Shown in pieces: positions 1 to 12,926 of a stretch of DNA of 64,000 nt (positions within the stretch are counted from its first letter, which is position 1; each line of letters begins with the position of its first letter). Made by a program: the position numbers and the translations under genes. The DNA comes from Squalus acanthias (Eukaryota), in assembly GCA_030390025.1 (NCBI GenBank), contig CM059425.1, positions 176,268,001 through 176,332,000 on the forward strand. The letters are read 5' to 3'. A model generated the notes under the pieces. It worked only from the letters and a program-made list of their open reading frames with translations, made no database searches and was not told the DNA's origin.

Positions 1-399
1 TTATTGCTATATTAATATTAATATTCAAAAGTTCTGAAGTGTGTAATGGGATTTGAATTATTTATTACAGATAGAAACAGTTTTTGTACAGTTTTAGTTT
101 TGGTTCCCTTAGGACATTTATTTGAATTTGCTTTCTATTTCATTATTCAAAATATTCCCTGTAGTTTATGTGGTGCAAATGTAGAAAAAAATATTTCACA
201 TGACATGGAAGGGATGGAGAGGGAAGCGGGCAAGTATAAAAGGTTTGCTGGGTGAGTAGAGCAGGAATATTGAAATAATTTTTGGTTTCACTTAGATATT
301 TGTAATATTTGTAATATTTGATCAAATAATTCTCAGTATTTAGTTATTTGCATGATGGCATTGCCCATGCAGACTGAGTGGCTGAAGAAATTTAGCCAA

Positions 400-880
400 A
401 CCCCCACAAGCAACTCTCTGTCATTATTACTAGTTATGTTAGGAGTAGAGGACTGAATAGGGCCATTAAAGGATTCCCGGGATAAGATTCACGCGGAGGT
501 TTTAAATGTTTACTTTGGTCAGTCTTCACTCCTGTAGATGGTGCTCAGTTTCCATTAATGGGCAGTTAGCACTAAAGTTGTAAATGTTAAAGTAGATGCA
601 GATCTAATCTTGGAGGGAATAAGGAGTCTTAAATCAGATCGCGCTGCTGTTCGAAACAGCATTTACCCAAGGGTTGGTTAAAGAGATAGGGGCTGTGCTA
701 CGTGAGCCCCTTGCTCATATATTTAATAGCTTGCTGAAATCTGGGATCGTTCCTATGGACTGCAGAGAAGTTGTACTAATATTCAAAAAGGGCAACTAGT
801 CAGAACCAGGAAATGATAGGCCCATTAGTTTGACATCAGTTTTAGGTAAGTTGTTAGAAGGGAGCATTAGAGATGTTCTT
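400..880 (+). mobile_element. Old, degraded CR1 LINE ORF2 fragment (pre-RT / RT N-terminal region)
   Basis: Broken frames resemble CR1 motifs seen in the younger copies: gggccattaaagg (GPLK), gaggttttaaatgtttactttg (EVLNxYF), atattcaaaaagggc...ccaggaaatgataggcccattagtttgacatcag (IFKKG..PGNxRPISLTS). Confidence 0.7.
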
Positions 881-2249
881 ATGTGCTTCCGAAAGTCCAT
901 GATTTCCTGAGATGTACTGCTTGCAAGTACCATTCCCCACTGGGAGTTTTGAATCGCTGATTCATCCCTAGAGGGTACAGATATTGTGGCTGGCTTACCC
1001 ACTGTATTTTATTTCTGTTTTTTAAGTCTACTGATCCATTCAGCTGTCTCATTTTAAAGCAGAGAAAATGGACAGGATAGGACCCGAGTCTCCCAGCCCT
1101 ATCTATATTTTCTAACTGTAGGCAGAGTCACTCACTTGCGTGGTTTCGCTCTTCCCTCCACCATCACCTTGGTTGTTGCTTTAACTGCACACAAAGTAGA
1201 TTCAGGGTACATCAAAATTATTTGCACGTACCTAATGTTTTTATTTTTTCATCAAAACCAAATCAACATTCTGTTTATTATGAGGCTGTGTGGTTCCTAA
1301 AATTCCAGTGTTGTGTTGTCCACATATTCAATAACTCAACCTTTCATATCCAATAAATTGCCGACATATAATGACAAAATGAATAAAACATCCACTTGTA
1401 CTGTTTTTAGCCTTCTTGTTCTCCTCAGAAACCCAAGTAGATAATATGCAAGTACTAAAGTGGCACTTCATTCCCAATTGTTATGCAACATTGTTTGTAT
1501 TGCAACAACCATTGCATTTTACTATTTTACTTAATTCAAAAACAACAACTTTTGATTAGTAAATACTGGTTTCTGAAAGCAACCAAAGCTTGCGAACTGG
1601 ACTATTGTGCCAGAATTTTTATGATTAATATTCTAGGTGAAAGGTCATGATCCATAGTGCGGGAGATCACATGGCTTTAAAGGGGCGCGACAGGAGATTA
1701 AGTACATCAAGAAACAGTAGTTAGGTGACGCCAAGCTTGGATTTTAAAAGTTTGTAGATTGTAGAAGGAAGGTGTTTTGAGGGAGGCAAGGAGTTCCACA
1801 GTTTTGAAGCCCTAGGAAAGAATTCATTAGAATAAGACATTATGTGAAGGAAGGATAAAGATGCCCGAAATTTCTACGGTGTTTGGGGTATTATTGGGGC
1901 TTAATGGCAATGGGGGAATGAAGTGGAGAGCGAAAATTGGGACAGGATCTGTTCTTGCCAGGTTTGTGTCCAATAGTTTTCTTCTTATGTGGGGGTGAGT
2001 GCTTGCTCCATTCAACCCTGTGTTGTAGCAGTGTTGCAAACAAAATGGTAATGATGGGATGACAGCATATGTCAAAATTCACATCATTACTGCCCCCATT
2101 GCTCAGTTTAATCCATAACAGGCTAAATGAAGCATTGTGGCTTGCCAAGATCTGTTGATTTTTCTTGAAGTGCTCAAGTTAAAAGAGCTCAGATCCTGGA
2201 GGACCTTTGTTTGTAGCTCAGGTTTGCACCAACATGTGCTATTGCCTTC

Positions 2250-2700
2250 TATGTTCTACTGACTCCGGCCTTTGTGCATTCCTCCCCCACTTTGCCCTGT
2301 CATTGCAGGCTGCATGTTCAGCTGCCTAGGCCCCACACTCTGGAAATCCAGCCCTAAACCCCTCTGCCTCACCATCTTAAGACCTTCTTAAAATCTGTGG
2401 GGGTGAAATTCGACTTGGGCGGGGATGCGAAATGGGCAGTATGGCATTTGGTGCCCGTTTTACTTCCTGCCCAATCTTCAATATTAATATCGGGCAGGGC
2501 GTATAACGGGCAACAGATGCAACATTGCCCGTTTGCATCCCCGCCCAAGTTGAATTTCACCCCCTTCTCTTTGATCAAGCATTTGGCCATCCCTTCTAAT
2601 ATTCCCTTCTTTGGCTCGCCATCTGTTTTTCCTTGTGCCTCTATGAAGTGCCTTGGGACTTGTTTTTATGTTAAAAATGCTGTATAAATGTAAGTTGTTG
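2250..2700 (+). mobile_element. LINE 3' tail (L2-like), interrupted by a palindromic MITE
   Basis: 3' end ttaagaccttcttaaaa...ctctttgatcaagcatttgg...gtgccttgggac...tataaatgtaagttgttg; a homologous tail lies at 56580-56768. Confidence 0.55.
2399..2564. mobile_element. 166-bp palindromic MITE (Harbinger-like ends)
   Basis: gggggtgaaattcgacttgggcggggatgc ... gcatccccgcccaagttgaatttcaccccc; the imperfect inverted symmetry continues through the whole element. Confidence 0.85.
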
Positions 2701-3624
2701 AAACTAATGGATGAAATCAAGACTGGTGAGCCAACATTTTTAGCATTATTAGAGGAAGGCATTACATTAGGAGTTCTAAACCATCACCTTTTAACAAAGT
2801 AGGCAGAAACATGAAATATAGTTACCATGAGGTAGTACTTTATAATTGGATGATATATATTTAGGTAAATAATGTAGATCTATGTGAAAATTATTTTGAA
2901 TCAACAAGTCAACTTAGAGTTGCTATGTGAAAATATCTTGGTGAGAAAAATTGCTTTTTATTACAATATTTTCCTGAATGTGTACTTGAGACACTGCTCA
3001 TGAAATTGTGGAGCAGTCAAACTTGCTAACTGTTGCATACTTTCTTGTGTCCCATTTTAAAAATTCCAAAACTTTGCAACTAAAAATATAACTGTCCTAA
3101 TTTCTATGTTGTGATCCATCATCAATTACATCAGAAATATTTAGCACATATTTGAAGGCAACAAAAATGTTTCACATTCAGATAAAATGAGAAATTTGCT
3201 ATTACAACAGCATTTAGCAATTCTGTGTGCAAATTTCAGACATAGAAAAATGCTGAGAATAAACAGAATCCTGGGTGAAGAAGGGTGATACGAGAGTGAA
3301 CTGTTGAGATATGCACTGGAAATAGAGTCTCAGCAAGAATATGTCCTGTGAGCAGATGAGTAAATTACTCATGTATCATAGTCTATTCACAGCAGGCAAT
3401 ATGCATCTGGTGAATTTTATAGACAGGAATTATCTAGCTGTCACATTTATAATAACGTTTAGTAGAGTTAATTTAAATTCCTCGGGTCCTGCTTTTGAAC
3501 AACTGAGTATAGAGACACCGTAGGGCGCATTTAGGCTACAGCTGTAGTGTTCATGTGAGATGGTTTCATGTCACAGCGACACTACGGGGACACAGCAGGG
3601 AAATGGGATTAGAGCAGTTACTTC

Positions 3625-4062
3625 CGACATTCTGAGTCAGAAAGTTGTGGGTTCATGCCCCACTCCAGAGACTTGAGCACAGAAATCTAGGCTGACACTC
3701 CAGGGCAGCACTGAGGAAGTGCTGCACTGTCGGAGGTGCCGTCTTTCAGATGAGACGTTAGACCAAGGCCCCATTTGCCCTCTCAGGTGGACATAAAAGA
3801 TCCCATGGCACTATTTAAAAGAAGAGCAGGGGAGTTATCCCTGGTGTCCTGGCCAATATTTATCCCTCAACCAACATAACAAAAATAGATGATCTGGTCA
3901 TTATCACATTGCTGTGTGTGGACCTTGCTGTGTGCAAATTGGCTGCTATGTTTCCCACATTATAACAGTGACTCTGCTTCAAAAAGTTCTTCCTTGGCTG
4001 TAAAGCGCTTTGGGACGTCCTGAGGTCATGAAAGGTGCTACATAAATACAAGTCTTTCTTAT
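3625..4062 (+). mobile_element. DeuSINE (SacSINE1/AmnSINE1-like) tRNA-derived SINE, slightly 5'-truncated
   Basis: Central gtgctgcactgtcggaggtgccgtctttcagatgagacg...aaagatcccatggcactattt, recognised as the Deu domain; tail ...ataaatacaagtctttctt; closely similar copy at 29376-29842. Confidence 0.85.
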
Positions 4063-4429
4063 TTTATACGAACATATGACAATGACGGGCAGGAAAAGAC
4101 CCATTGGTCCATCACAACCTATACACTCCCCACCCCACCTGAAAGTCATGTAATCTCATGGGAGAGGGGAACAACATAAAAATCCAGGTCAATTAGGAGG
4201 AAAAAATCTTGAAAATTCCTCTCCGACCTCCCCCCCCACCCTCCCCACCCAAACCTAGTCCAGGAGACTACTCTGGCCCTGATTAACGTGATACAGTACC
4301 TACCTTTTATGAGGTTGGGTAGGATTTTAACTTGGAGGAGGGTAGGAAGCAGGGGTGCTGGATTGCGGTTGGGCCTCATCAGGCCCTGCCGAATTTAACA
4401 GCAGGGCCTGATTAATATTTTTTTCTCTG

Positions 4430-4625
4430 TTTCCCGCCCGCAGCCAGGAGGGGAGATAGGAGGCCTTGGGGCTGGGGGCAGATAGGAGGCCTTGGTGGGA
4501 GATCGGAGGCCTCGTGGGGGAGGTCAGAGGCCTCGTGGGGGTGGTCATGGGGAGATTGGAAGGGCCGGGCATTGTCCGATTGTGGAGGATTGATGAGGCA
4601 GGAACGCTGGATCCAGCAGGTAAGT
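4430..4625. repeat. G-rich MITE fragment with imperfect tandem units (ggaggcctYg...ggg)
   Basis: About four units containing aggcct(c/t)g(t)ggg between 4459 and 4545. Confidence 0.45.
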
Positions 4626-5118
4626 AGCCTCCTAACATCTAGTTCTGGCCTTACATAACTTGAGGTTGTGTCCACGGTCCTCCCATAACCAATTTAGTTG
4701 AAATAGCTCTAGTTGGAGAGTTAACACTGGCGCGATGGACTGAATGGCCTCCTTCTGTTCTGTAATTTCTGTGATTCTATAAATTGCTAGCAGGCATTGT
4801 TACAGAAGTTGCTAATAACATGCATACCTCTAGCCTGAAACTAAGCCTTGATTTTTAAACCATCACATTCTGTTAGTGTGTGCATGAGAAAAAGAACTAA
4901 TGCACCACATGCCATGGCATTGATTTATGCAGACAACAGATCCCAAGTTCAATCAGCCAAAATAGAGTTAGGGAGGCTAGAAATGGCTTCAATGCCACAG
5001 ACTAGCAAGAAAGTGGTGACACTTGCTGGAACATGTCTAAGCATGGGTGACGGGTTTCAGGATCAGGCCTATCTGTGATACTACCCCCACATGTGGTTGA
5101 ATATCCTCCTGACACATA

Positions 5119-5913
5119 GGGCTGGATTTTATCAATGGGGACGCGTTGGGGGCGGGACTGCTGGTTGTCGGAATTCAGTCCTGCCCCAACGACGTCTGGC
5201 CAACCCACGCTATTTTCCCTTGATTGACCTTGTTAAGTCCGCCCTGCGGGCTTAGCAGGCCAATTAAGGGAAAGCCGGTGACAGAGGACGTCAGCGTATG
5301 ACATTTCATCTGTCAAAAATTTTTGACAGATGAATTGTCAGCGTTTGACAATCTCTGTTCTATGGTGAGTCCTTGTACTGAAGACTCACCAAACCTCTTT
5401 CCTTAGCAGAAATCAGATGGCTGCTGCATCTGAGAATGCAGCAGCCATTCTGTCATCACTGCTGTTGAGATGAGGAGCCTTCGGATCACCAAGGGTTGAA
5501 GACTGCAGGAAGAAGCAAAGGTAAGTAAACTTTTTCTTACACTTTACACTCACCTCTCATACTTACCTCTCCACACTTGCATCCATCACTCACCTCCACA
5601 GCGGACTTTTTGATCCCTCTCACCCCCGCAGACCCACTGCTCACCTTGTTGACCCTGGCGAGGTTCGCAGCCGTCGGGAAGTCCGCACTTGTGTGGGTAA
5701 AATGGGGATAAGCCTCAAAACTGCCTGTTAACTACCTGTAATCCCCTTCCCGCCTCGACGAGACGGGTCCCTGCGCGAGTTGGGGACCCGCCTCCCGGGA
5801 AGATGACACGGAGGCGGGTTGGGAGCGGGTTCGGTACCCACTCCCAGTTTCTGCCATTTCCCCAGCAGTCCCGCCTCCATACCCGCCTCCCCAGGGCTGG
5901 CAAAATTCCCCCC
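5119..5913. mobile_element. Non-autonomous Harbinger element / MITE
   Basis: Left end gggctggatttt matches the TIR of the full-length element; right end ctggcaaaattcccccc; right subterminal region shared with 28813-29020 and 54455-54670. Confidence 0.75.
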
Positions 5914-8666
5914 ATGTTGTCCAGGCTCAGATGTGAAAGATTGCCATCTAGGTGAGATACTAGAGAGTTATGGCCTCCATGGAATTGCACCCAAGCAATC
6001 GCTGCCTTAAATGATGCCAGGAAAAAATTGGAGACCGAAAACATGAATTGATGATTTAACACTTTTATTGTACTGAGATAAAACTAGAGAGAAGGGATCA
6101 AAGTTCCAGATAATGGCAATGTCTGAGTGGCATTCTACGCTTCCAACAACCACCAGAGTGTATTTTATAAGACACCCTTACAAGTGCAAGTATTTCCAGG
6201 TACACTTTGGTACACCACCACTCAGTCCTTTACAAATGCATTTACCCAAGAGTCATGCATGGAGCTAGTCTAAAGTTTTAGCTTCATGTCTCAGTATAAA
6301 CACACACACCAAAATAACCATCACAAACAGTTGCTGTTTAAGAATAAGTCGATGCTGTCACGTCATTCCGACAAACCACGTCACAGCTATTGTATCCAGT
6401 ACTCATGAATCGATTAGTCTTGTTTGTAAAAATAGAAAATAGATTTTATAGCTGTCATTACATATCCCCTTTGTATAATAATGTAATGTGCTTCTACTGG
6501 CATCTCAAAGCAGTTTCAATTTGTTTCCTTAGAGCAGAAACACTACAAAATATTGAACTTCCAATTACAAACCTACTATAAATGTTCTAAATAGAATGTG
6601 CCAAGGTCAGCTGCTAGATATAATAACTATCTGCATAAATGAGGCTCTGCACTTCAGTCAATGCCAGCTTCACTCGTGGAGATACTTATATGACAATGCA
6701 TCCTGTGACAAAGCCTCTATACAATATAGGGCAAAGTGAATTTTTGTACAGTTCACCAATTAAAATAGCTGTGAGGTGTTATGTGATTGCAGAGATTCCA
6801 ATTAAAATCTAAATTCTTTAGTTTCTATAAATTGCGTTTCCAAGCAACATAGCAAGGTCATCTTGGCCTCAATGAAGAAAGAAATGCATTTATTGAGTTT
6901 GTATTGCTTTGGTTCTGGTGATTTTGAATTTGATGACCAGGAAACATTTTCAGATCTACTTCAAGGCCTTTAATCCCTCCTCTGAATTGCAGTTCCTTTG
7001 TTCCAATCCATTTATTTTTTGAGGTGTGTATGAAAGTGTTGTATTCTCCAGATCAGGGCCCATTTTGCTGCCTTTTGTTTCTCCCTCTGGATCGACAATA
7101 AAACGCATTCAGCAGCAACAGTGAGCCTCTGGATAAAGCATTTCATGGAGTCCAGCTCTGAAATGAAAACAATGGAAAAAGAATGTCCACTAACTTTCTG
7201 ATTGCACAGACCCTTTTATCCAGAGTGGAATCCTGTATCCATAATGAACAGTGCCAGATATTTAGTCCAGACTATAGAAAACACAGGTATAAACTTATGA
7301 GAGGGGTGGGGACACAAGCTGCTCCAAGTAAAAAGTGTTTTAATCCAACTATTTCTCAAGGACATAGTGGAATTATATTCACGCCCCAACAATGATCCCC
7401 AACAATGATCCGAATAAATCTCTACCTACAAAGAAAGGGATTATTATTATTAATGGTTTTCTGTTTGTCTTTTGCACAAATTGTTGCACATGTTTCATTT
7501 GTTGAGTAGACACTGTGCAGAAAAACTGAACAGTCTTGAAGAGAGAGGCTTTCAAATTCCATGTATAGACTCACTAGCTGTCAACACACTCTACACTTTT
7601 AATAACAAGAATCTGAAAGTACGAGAACTCAGAAATTACATTTTACTAATGCTGTTTGTCTTAAACAGGGAACTAAAAGTAATTGAAACGTTTTCACATC
7701 ATAAATATTTTGCATTCTGTGCACTTGTTTTTCCACATCATAAAATATTCAAACTCCACTTTCATATGATGCGCTACTTAGTGAATTTTAGCATAGAATA
7801 TTTCACAGTGCAAGGAGTGTCATTTATGAATAATACATTATTTCTACCTCTAAATGCTTAGTTTTACATTACATATTTATACCAAAAATACTTAAGCTCC
7901 AAAAGATTTACGTTTTTGTTTCCTTTTTCCCATCTTCAAATTACAAGCATAGCTTTATCTGTTTTTAGAGTTTTGCATCATTTAACTTATCACTCGCAGC
8001 TTGGTAAATCCAATCAGAAAACAAATAGTCATGTCAAGTGGCAACCCTGCTCCCCAGCTGCTTGGTACCATGCCAAGGTTCAATAATATCCAAAGTATCC
8101 CTGGGTTCATGTTGTTGGCTCCATGATTGATTTGAGGTGGTAGCATACAAAACAGCAATAACTATTTAATCATGATTTATAATGTTGAACATCTCCACTG
8201 TGGCAGTGCAAGACTTGGTATTTAGCCTTAATGGGAAGACTCAAGTGTCTTGCTTGTGATCCCTTCATATTTTGTTGTATCCCACAATCTAACCTAGAAA
8301 AAGGTTTCTAGCTAGCAGTGATGATTTTATTTGGGGGATCCCTATCTCGCAGGACTAGAGAAGCAAGGGCATTAATGTGGATGGGGCAATCTGATGCATT
8401 TGTGCAGAGCAAGTGACTATGGCCTTTCAGAGCTGGTGAAATGATACTTGTTAAACATGTACAGAGATTTCTGCTTTCATCTGAGAGATGGCTGAGTGTA
8501 CTTTCAAATTAAGAAACTCCTCTACCCTTTCAATAATGAACATTGCTCATATTGAAAGAAAAGTAAAGAGCAGGTAGTTAGGTGCGGGTGATGACTGTAC
8601 ACTTTCCTATCATCATCTTCAGTCATTACTGCAACTCCTCTTTAATGTGAGCAATGAGCACCACAT

Positions 8667-8850
8667 TAGGAACATTAGGAGCAGGAGTGGGCCATTCCGC
8701 CCCCTCAAGCCTGCTCCACCATTCAATTAGATCACGGCTGATCTGTACCTCAAATCCATACCCGCCTTTGCTCCACATCCCTTGATCGCCTTACCTAATA
8801 AAAAATATATCTATCTCAGTCAAAAAAGCTCCAATTGTCGAAGCATCCAC
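8667..8850 (-). mobile_element. CR1 LINE 3' end fragment
   Basis: Reverse complement of the CR1 3'UTR stem-loop (ggagcaggagtgggccattc...gcctgctcc), as at 59400-59490. Confidence 0.8.
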
Positions 8851-8859
8851 ATTATCTGT

Positions 8860-9418
8860 GTACCTGAAATGGTTAAAGCACCAGAAGCTGTACTAGCAAC
8901 ATCAGTCAATCTTCCATTACATCTTTACCATGGGAAAACTTCAAATCCTTGAAAATCTTGCTAGGCAAGCTAAGTGTTGGTGTCAAAGCCCCAGTAAGAA
9001 AATTGCTGTAACTGTTGAATACCTTCATCCAAGCCTGCACACCCTCATAAAACTCTTGGATGATAAACTTTGGTCTGGGATTCAAAAAGTATGGTGGACA
9101 GTTCATAATTATGGTCATTTGCTAGCATCATAGGTCAATAAATAGCAGTGTCAGCATTCCTTATGCATCTCAGCAGCAAGCTGAGGACATTGTTGCAACT
9201 ATTCAGAACTGTTCTTACCAAATTCTGTGGCTTTGTTAGATTCTTGGCACAATTGGCCAGATGATGTTGGATGATCATCATTGGCTGAACTTGCTTGGTA
9301 CATCAAAGGAAGTGCAAGGCAATTGCTACAGATCATTCTATTCCCATTTATTTCAGTATTACAGAACTGTTCCAGTTTTCTTAAGGTGCTGTCTTCCATG
9401 ATGAACATCCCTTGATCC
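8860..9418 (-). mobile_element. Very old RTE-like LINE reverse-transcriptase remnant
   Basis: Minus-frame peptides NGNRMICSNCLALPL (cf. KGDRxxCxNYRGISL), LLFIDL, and CPP..KFIIQEFYEGVQA..GALTPTL resemble RTE-clade RT motifs; heavily degraded. Confidence 0.45.
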
Positions 9419-9419
9419 T

Positions 9420-10500
9420 AATACAAAAGCAAAATACTGCGGACGCTGCTGGAAATCTGAAATAAAAACAGAAAATGCTGGAAACACTCAGCAGGTCAGG
9501 CAGCATCATGGAGAGAGAAACAGAGTTAACGTTTCAGGTTGATGACCCTTCGTCAGAACTAGAAAAAGTTAGAGATCTAACAGATTTTTAAGCAAGTGCA
9601 GGGCCAGGGAAAGTGGGTAGAGGAGGAAAGAACAAAAGGGAAGGTCTGTAATAGGATGGAAGGCAGGAGAGATTAAAAAACAAAAGGGATGATGGTGCAA
9701 GGCAAAAGGAGATGGTAATGGGACAAGTTAAGAAACAAAAGATGACTCTAGATGAGGTGTAAATGGGGATGGCAGAATCATCAACAGCTGCCATGGGGGA
9801 AAAAAATAGGGGCCAAGGTTATGGTCTGAAATTGTTGAACTCGATGTTGAGTCCAGAGACTGTACAGTGCCTAATCAAAAGATGAGGTGCTATTCCTCGA
9901 GCTTACGTTGAGCTTTGTTGGAACAGTGTAAGAGGCCGAGGATGGAGAGATCAGAGTGGGAGTGGAGCGGAGAATTAAAGTGACAGGTGACCAGAAGCTT
10001 GGGGTCACGCTTGCGGACTGAATGGAGGTGTTCCGCAAAGTGGTCACCCAATCTGTGTTTGGTCTCTCCAATGTAGAGGAGGCCGCATCGTGAGCAGTGA
10101 ATACAGTATACTAAATTGCAAGAAGTACAAGTAAATCGCTGTTTCACCTGGAAGGAGTGTTTGGGGCCCTGGACAGTGGGAAGGGAGGAGGTAAAAGGGC
10201 AGGTGGTGCATCTCCTGCGCTTGCACGGGAAGGTGCCGTGGGAAGGGGTGTTGGGGGTGATTGAGGAGTGGACCAGGGTGTCGTGGAGGGAGCGGTCTCT
10301 TCGGAATGCTGAAAGGGGAGGGGAGGGCAGATGCGTTTGGTGGTGGGATCTTGCTGGAGGTGGGGAAAATGGTGGAGGATGATTGTTGAATGTGGAGGTT
10401 GGTGGGGTGAAAGGTGAGGACAAGGGGAACCCTATCATGGTTCTGGGAGGGAGGGGAAGGAGTGAGAGCAGAAGTGCGGGAAATAGAATGGACACGGTCA
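9420..10500 (-). mobile_element. Penelope-like element 3' portion: GIY-YIG endonuclease region plus terminal repeat (pLTR)
   Basis: ORF 9890-10573(-) contains GTFPCKRRRCTTC (CCHH Zn region) and LVYCIHCSRCGLLYIGETKHRLGDHFAEH (GIY-YIG); 9420-9795 matches 63105-63483 in the opposite orientation. Confidence 0.92.
9524..9560 (-). ncRNA. Putative minimal type I hammerhead ribozyme in PLE terminal repeat
   Basis: Minus strand agtt CTGACGA agggtcatcaacct GAAA CG TT aact: both conserved boxes, helix I agtt/aact and a palindromic helix III (ACGT). Confidence 0.7.
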
Positions 10501-10589
10501 AGAGATCTTCCCTCCTAAGCCAATTATATAATTTGTTAACTTTCTTGACATACGAACATATGAAATAACCCAACCTTCTTTTCCAAAAG

Positions 10590-10790
10590 CCGCGTTGAGT
10601 CTCTTATGATACCTTTGATCATCTTACCTATTACTGAAGTGAAACTAATGGGCCTATCGTTATCCAACCCTTCGTTATCACCCTTCTTAAAAATTGGAAC
10701 TATATTAGCATCCTTCCTGTCATATGGAACCCTCCCCCCCAACCGAATCTAGCGAGTTATTAAAGATACAGGAAAAGGGCTCAAGGGATT
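10590..10790 (-). mobile_element. Old CR1 RT fragment
   Basis: ORF 10536-10742(-): KDANIVPIFKKGD..NDRPISFTSVIGKM. Confidence 0.75.
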
Positions 10791-10967
10791 TCAAACCATT
10801 TCTTGATAGTCATGTGAATTTCTGTCTTCCATTTAATCTTTTTGTTTTCATTTTTCTCAATGCTTAATCAAATATTAGCTGCTCCTCTGATTCTTGCATA
10901 ATGTGCCCATAATATTAGGAGTTTTCTTCGGCTACTGATCTCAGCAGCTTTCTTTTTTAGGAACATA

Positions 10968-11945
10968 GGGCCCAATAATAACTCGGTGCCAGGAAAAGAG
11001 CGTGGGGGTGGTGGGGGGTGGTGGGATGATGGTGGGGGAACGGGAAAATATGGGTATCCTGCAGGTCCTGTCAAATTTAACGGCCGGACCTGTTTACATT
11101 TTTTCAACTGGTTTACTGCCTGCCAGCCTGCCAGATTGACAGGCCGGAAGCCAGGGAGTGGATGTCAGATAAATACGAGATTGTGGTTGGTGGGGGAGTC
11201 CGTCATCGCTGGGGGGGGGTAAATGGTACATCACAGGGGTTGGGGTAAATAGGACATCGCGGGGGGTGAGGCGAATCGGACATTGCGGGGGGTGGTGGTG
11301 GTGTGGAGGAGATGGACATTGCGGGGGTGGGGGAGAGAGGTGAGGGGAGTTGGACAGCGCGAGGCGGGGGTTGCAAATGTGACATCACGGGATTTTAAAA
11401 GGGAACTCGGTGGGTCTGGGGAAACACTCCTCCTCCTGGGCCACAAGCAGTGCAATAAAAGCTCTTACCTCATGGATCCGGCCTTTCTCAACATCAACAT
11501 CAACATCATTAATACAGATTATCTGGTCATTGTCACATTGCTGTGTGTGGGAGCTTGCTGTGCACAAATTGGCTGCCACATTTCCTACATTACAACAGTG
11601 ACTGCACTCCAAAAAGTACTTTATTGGCTGTAAAGCGCTTTGGGACGTCTGGTGGTTGTGAAAGGTGCTATATAAATGCAAGTCTGTCTTTCTTTTACTT
11701 GCCTCCTTTCAGCTACCAGGATTCCTGAGTCCCAGGAATCCCAGCCTGCAGGTGTTAAAAATAAAAGTTAAAATGGAGGCATGCAGTCTCCTTAAAAGAT
11801 TTTATTGACTTACCCATCTCCTGAGAGTAGGTTGGTCACCCGCCCCTGACCCGTCTGCGTTAAAACCGGATGTGGGCGGTTTGGAGGCGTGTTGGGGATG
11901 AGTTTTCCGTTTTTTAATTTTTAACATCCATCCTCAATCTACCCA
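10968..11945. mobile_element. GC-rich MITE (Harbinger-like) with an inserted DeuSINE 3' half
   Basis: 11410-11480 and 11770-11940 are homologous (reverse complement) to 63541-63880; ends approximate. Confidence 0.6.
11495..11697 (+). mobile_element. DeuSINE 3' fragment
   Basis: cagattatctggtcattgtcacattgctg...tataaatgcaagtctgtcttt matches 3885-4060 and 29660-29840. Confidence 0.85.
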
Positions 11946-11954
11946 CCATTCTGT

Positions 11955-12455
11955 AACTCTTAATATTTTTGACTAACAAAAATCTATCAATCTCAGTGTT
12001 GAAATTTTCAATTGACTGAGGCTCAACAGCTTTTGGGGAAAGTGTTCCAGATTCCGTTACCCTTTTCTGTGAAGAAGTGCTTCCTGATATCACCCCTGAA
12101 CAGCCTAGCTCTAATTTTAAGGTAATGCTTTCTTGTTCTGGACTCCCCCACCAGAGGAAATAGTTTCTCTTGATCTAGCAACTCCTTTAATCATCTTAAA
12201 CACCTCAATTAGATCATCCCTTCATCCTCCATATTCAAGGGAATACAAGCTTGGTCTATGCAACATGTCTTCATAATTTAACGCTTTTAGCCCGGTATCA
12301 TTCTGGTGAAACTGCGGTGCACCCCCTCCAAGGCCAATATATCCTTCCTGAGGTGCTGTGCCCAGAACTGAATGCAGTTCTCTCATTGGGGTCTAGCCGG
12401 AGCTTTATAGAACTGTAACATAACTTCCACCCCTTTGTATTCCAGCCACCTTGAG
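11955..12455 (-). mobile_element. CR1 LINE 3' ORF2 fragment
   Basis: Reverse complement of the CR1 C-terminal coding region (cf. 60620-61090). Confidence 0.8.
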
Positions 12456-12926
12456 ATTTGTTTCGCCAAGTTGAGATTTGGCTGTTTGCCATCCACTGTG
12501 CCCAATTTATGTGCAGCATCCTGTAATACATTCACATTTCAAATGCTTTCAGTCTTCTACATAACACTGCATGCAGAAACCAGGATTTACATATAAAGCT
12601 GTTGATCAGATTTGGATTCCTCATCTTGGTTTGTGTTGTCGGGCTGAGTTGTAAGTTGGTCAAGCAGTTTAGCATATTGTTAAATTCTTGTTTCACTGTT
12701 GACATTTGTCTTTTTATCCAATTACCATCCTGATTGATTTTGCTGCTGAGGTATGTGAATTAATCAACATTGTCAATCAAGCTGCCATTAGCTGTTAGTT
12801 TGCTACCTTCCATAGTTGCTTCTTTCCTAACGACTGTTGTTTCCTTGGCATTTGATTTCAAGCCTGTAGTACAGGATCTTGCAATTTATTGATTGCACTA
12901 TGCATTGAGTCTTCTACAGACTCTAT

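Noticed and set aside
6010..6385. Possible short solo LTR on the minus strand (tttatt at ~6064, ends ..ccgaca)
   Set aside because: No convincing TSD or matching TG/CA pair could be defined.
7384..7411. 13-bp tandem duplication ccccaacaatgat x2
   Set aside because: An ordinary local duplication with no further structure.
7472..7861. 129-aa ORF in AT-rich DNA
   Set aside because: Non-ATG start, F/L/K/N-biased composition typical of AT-rich noise, and no recognisable domain.
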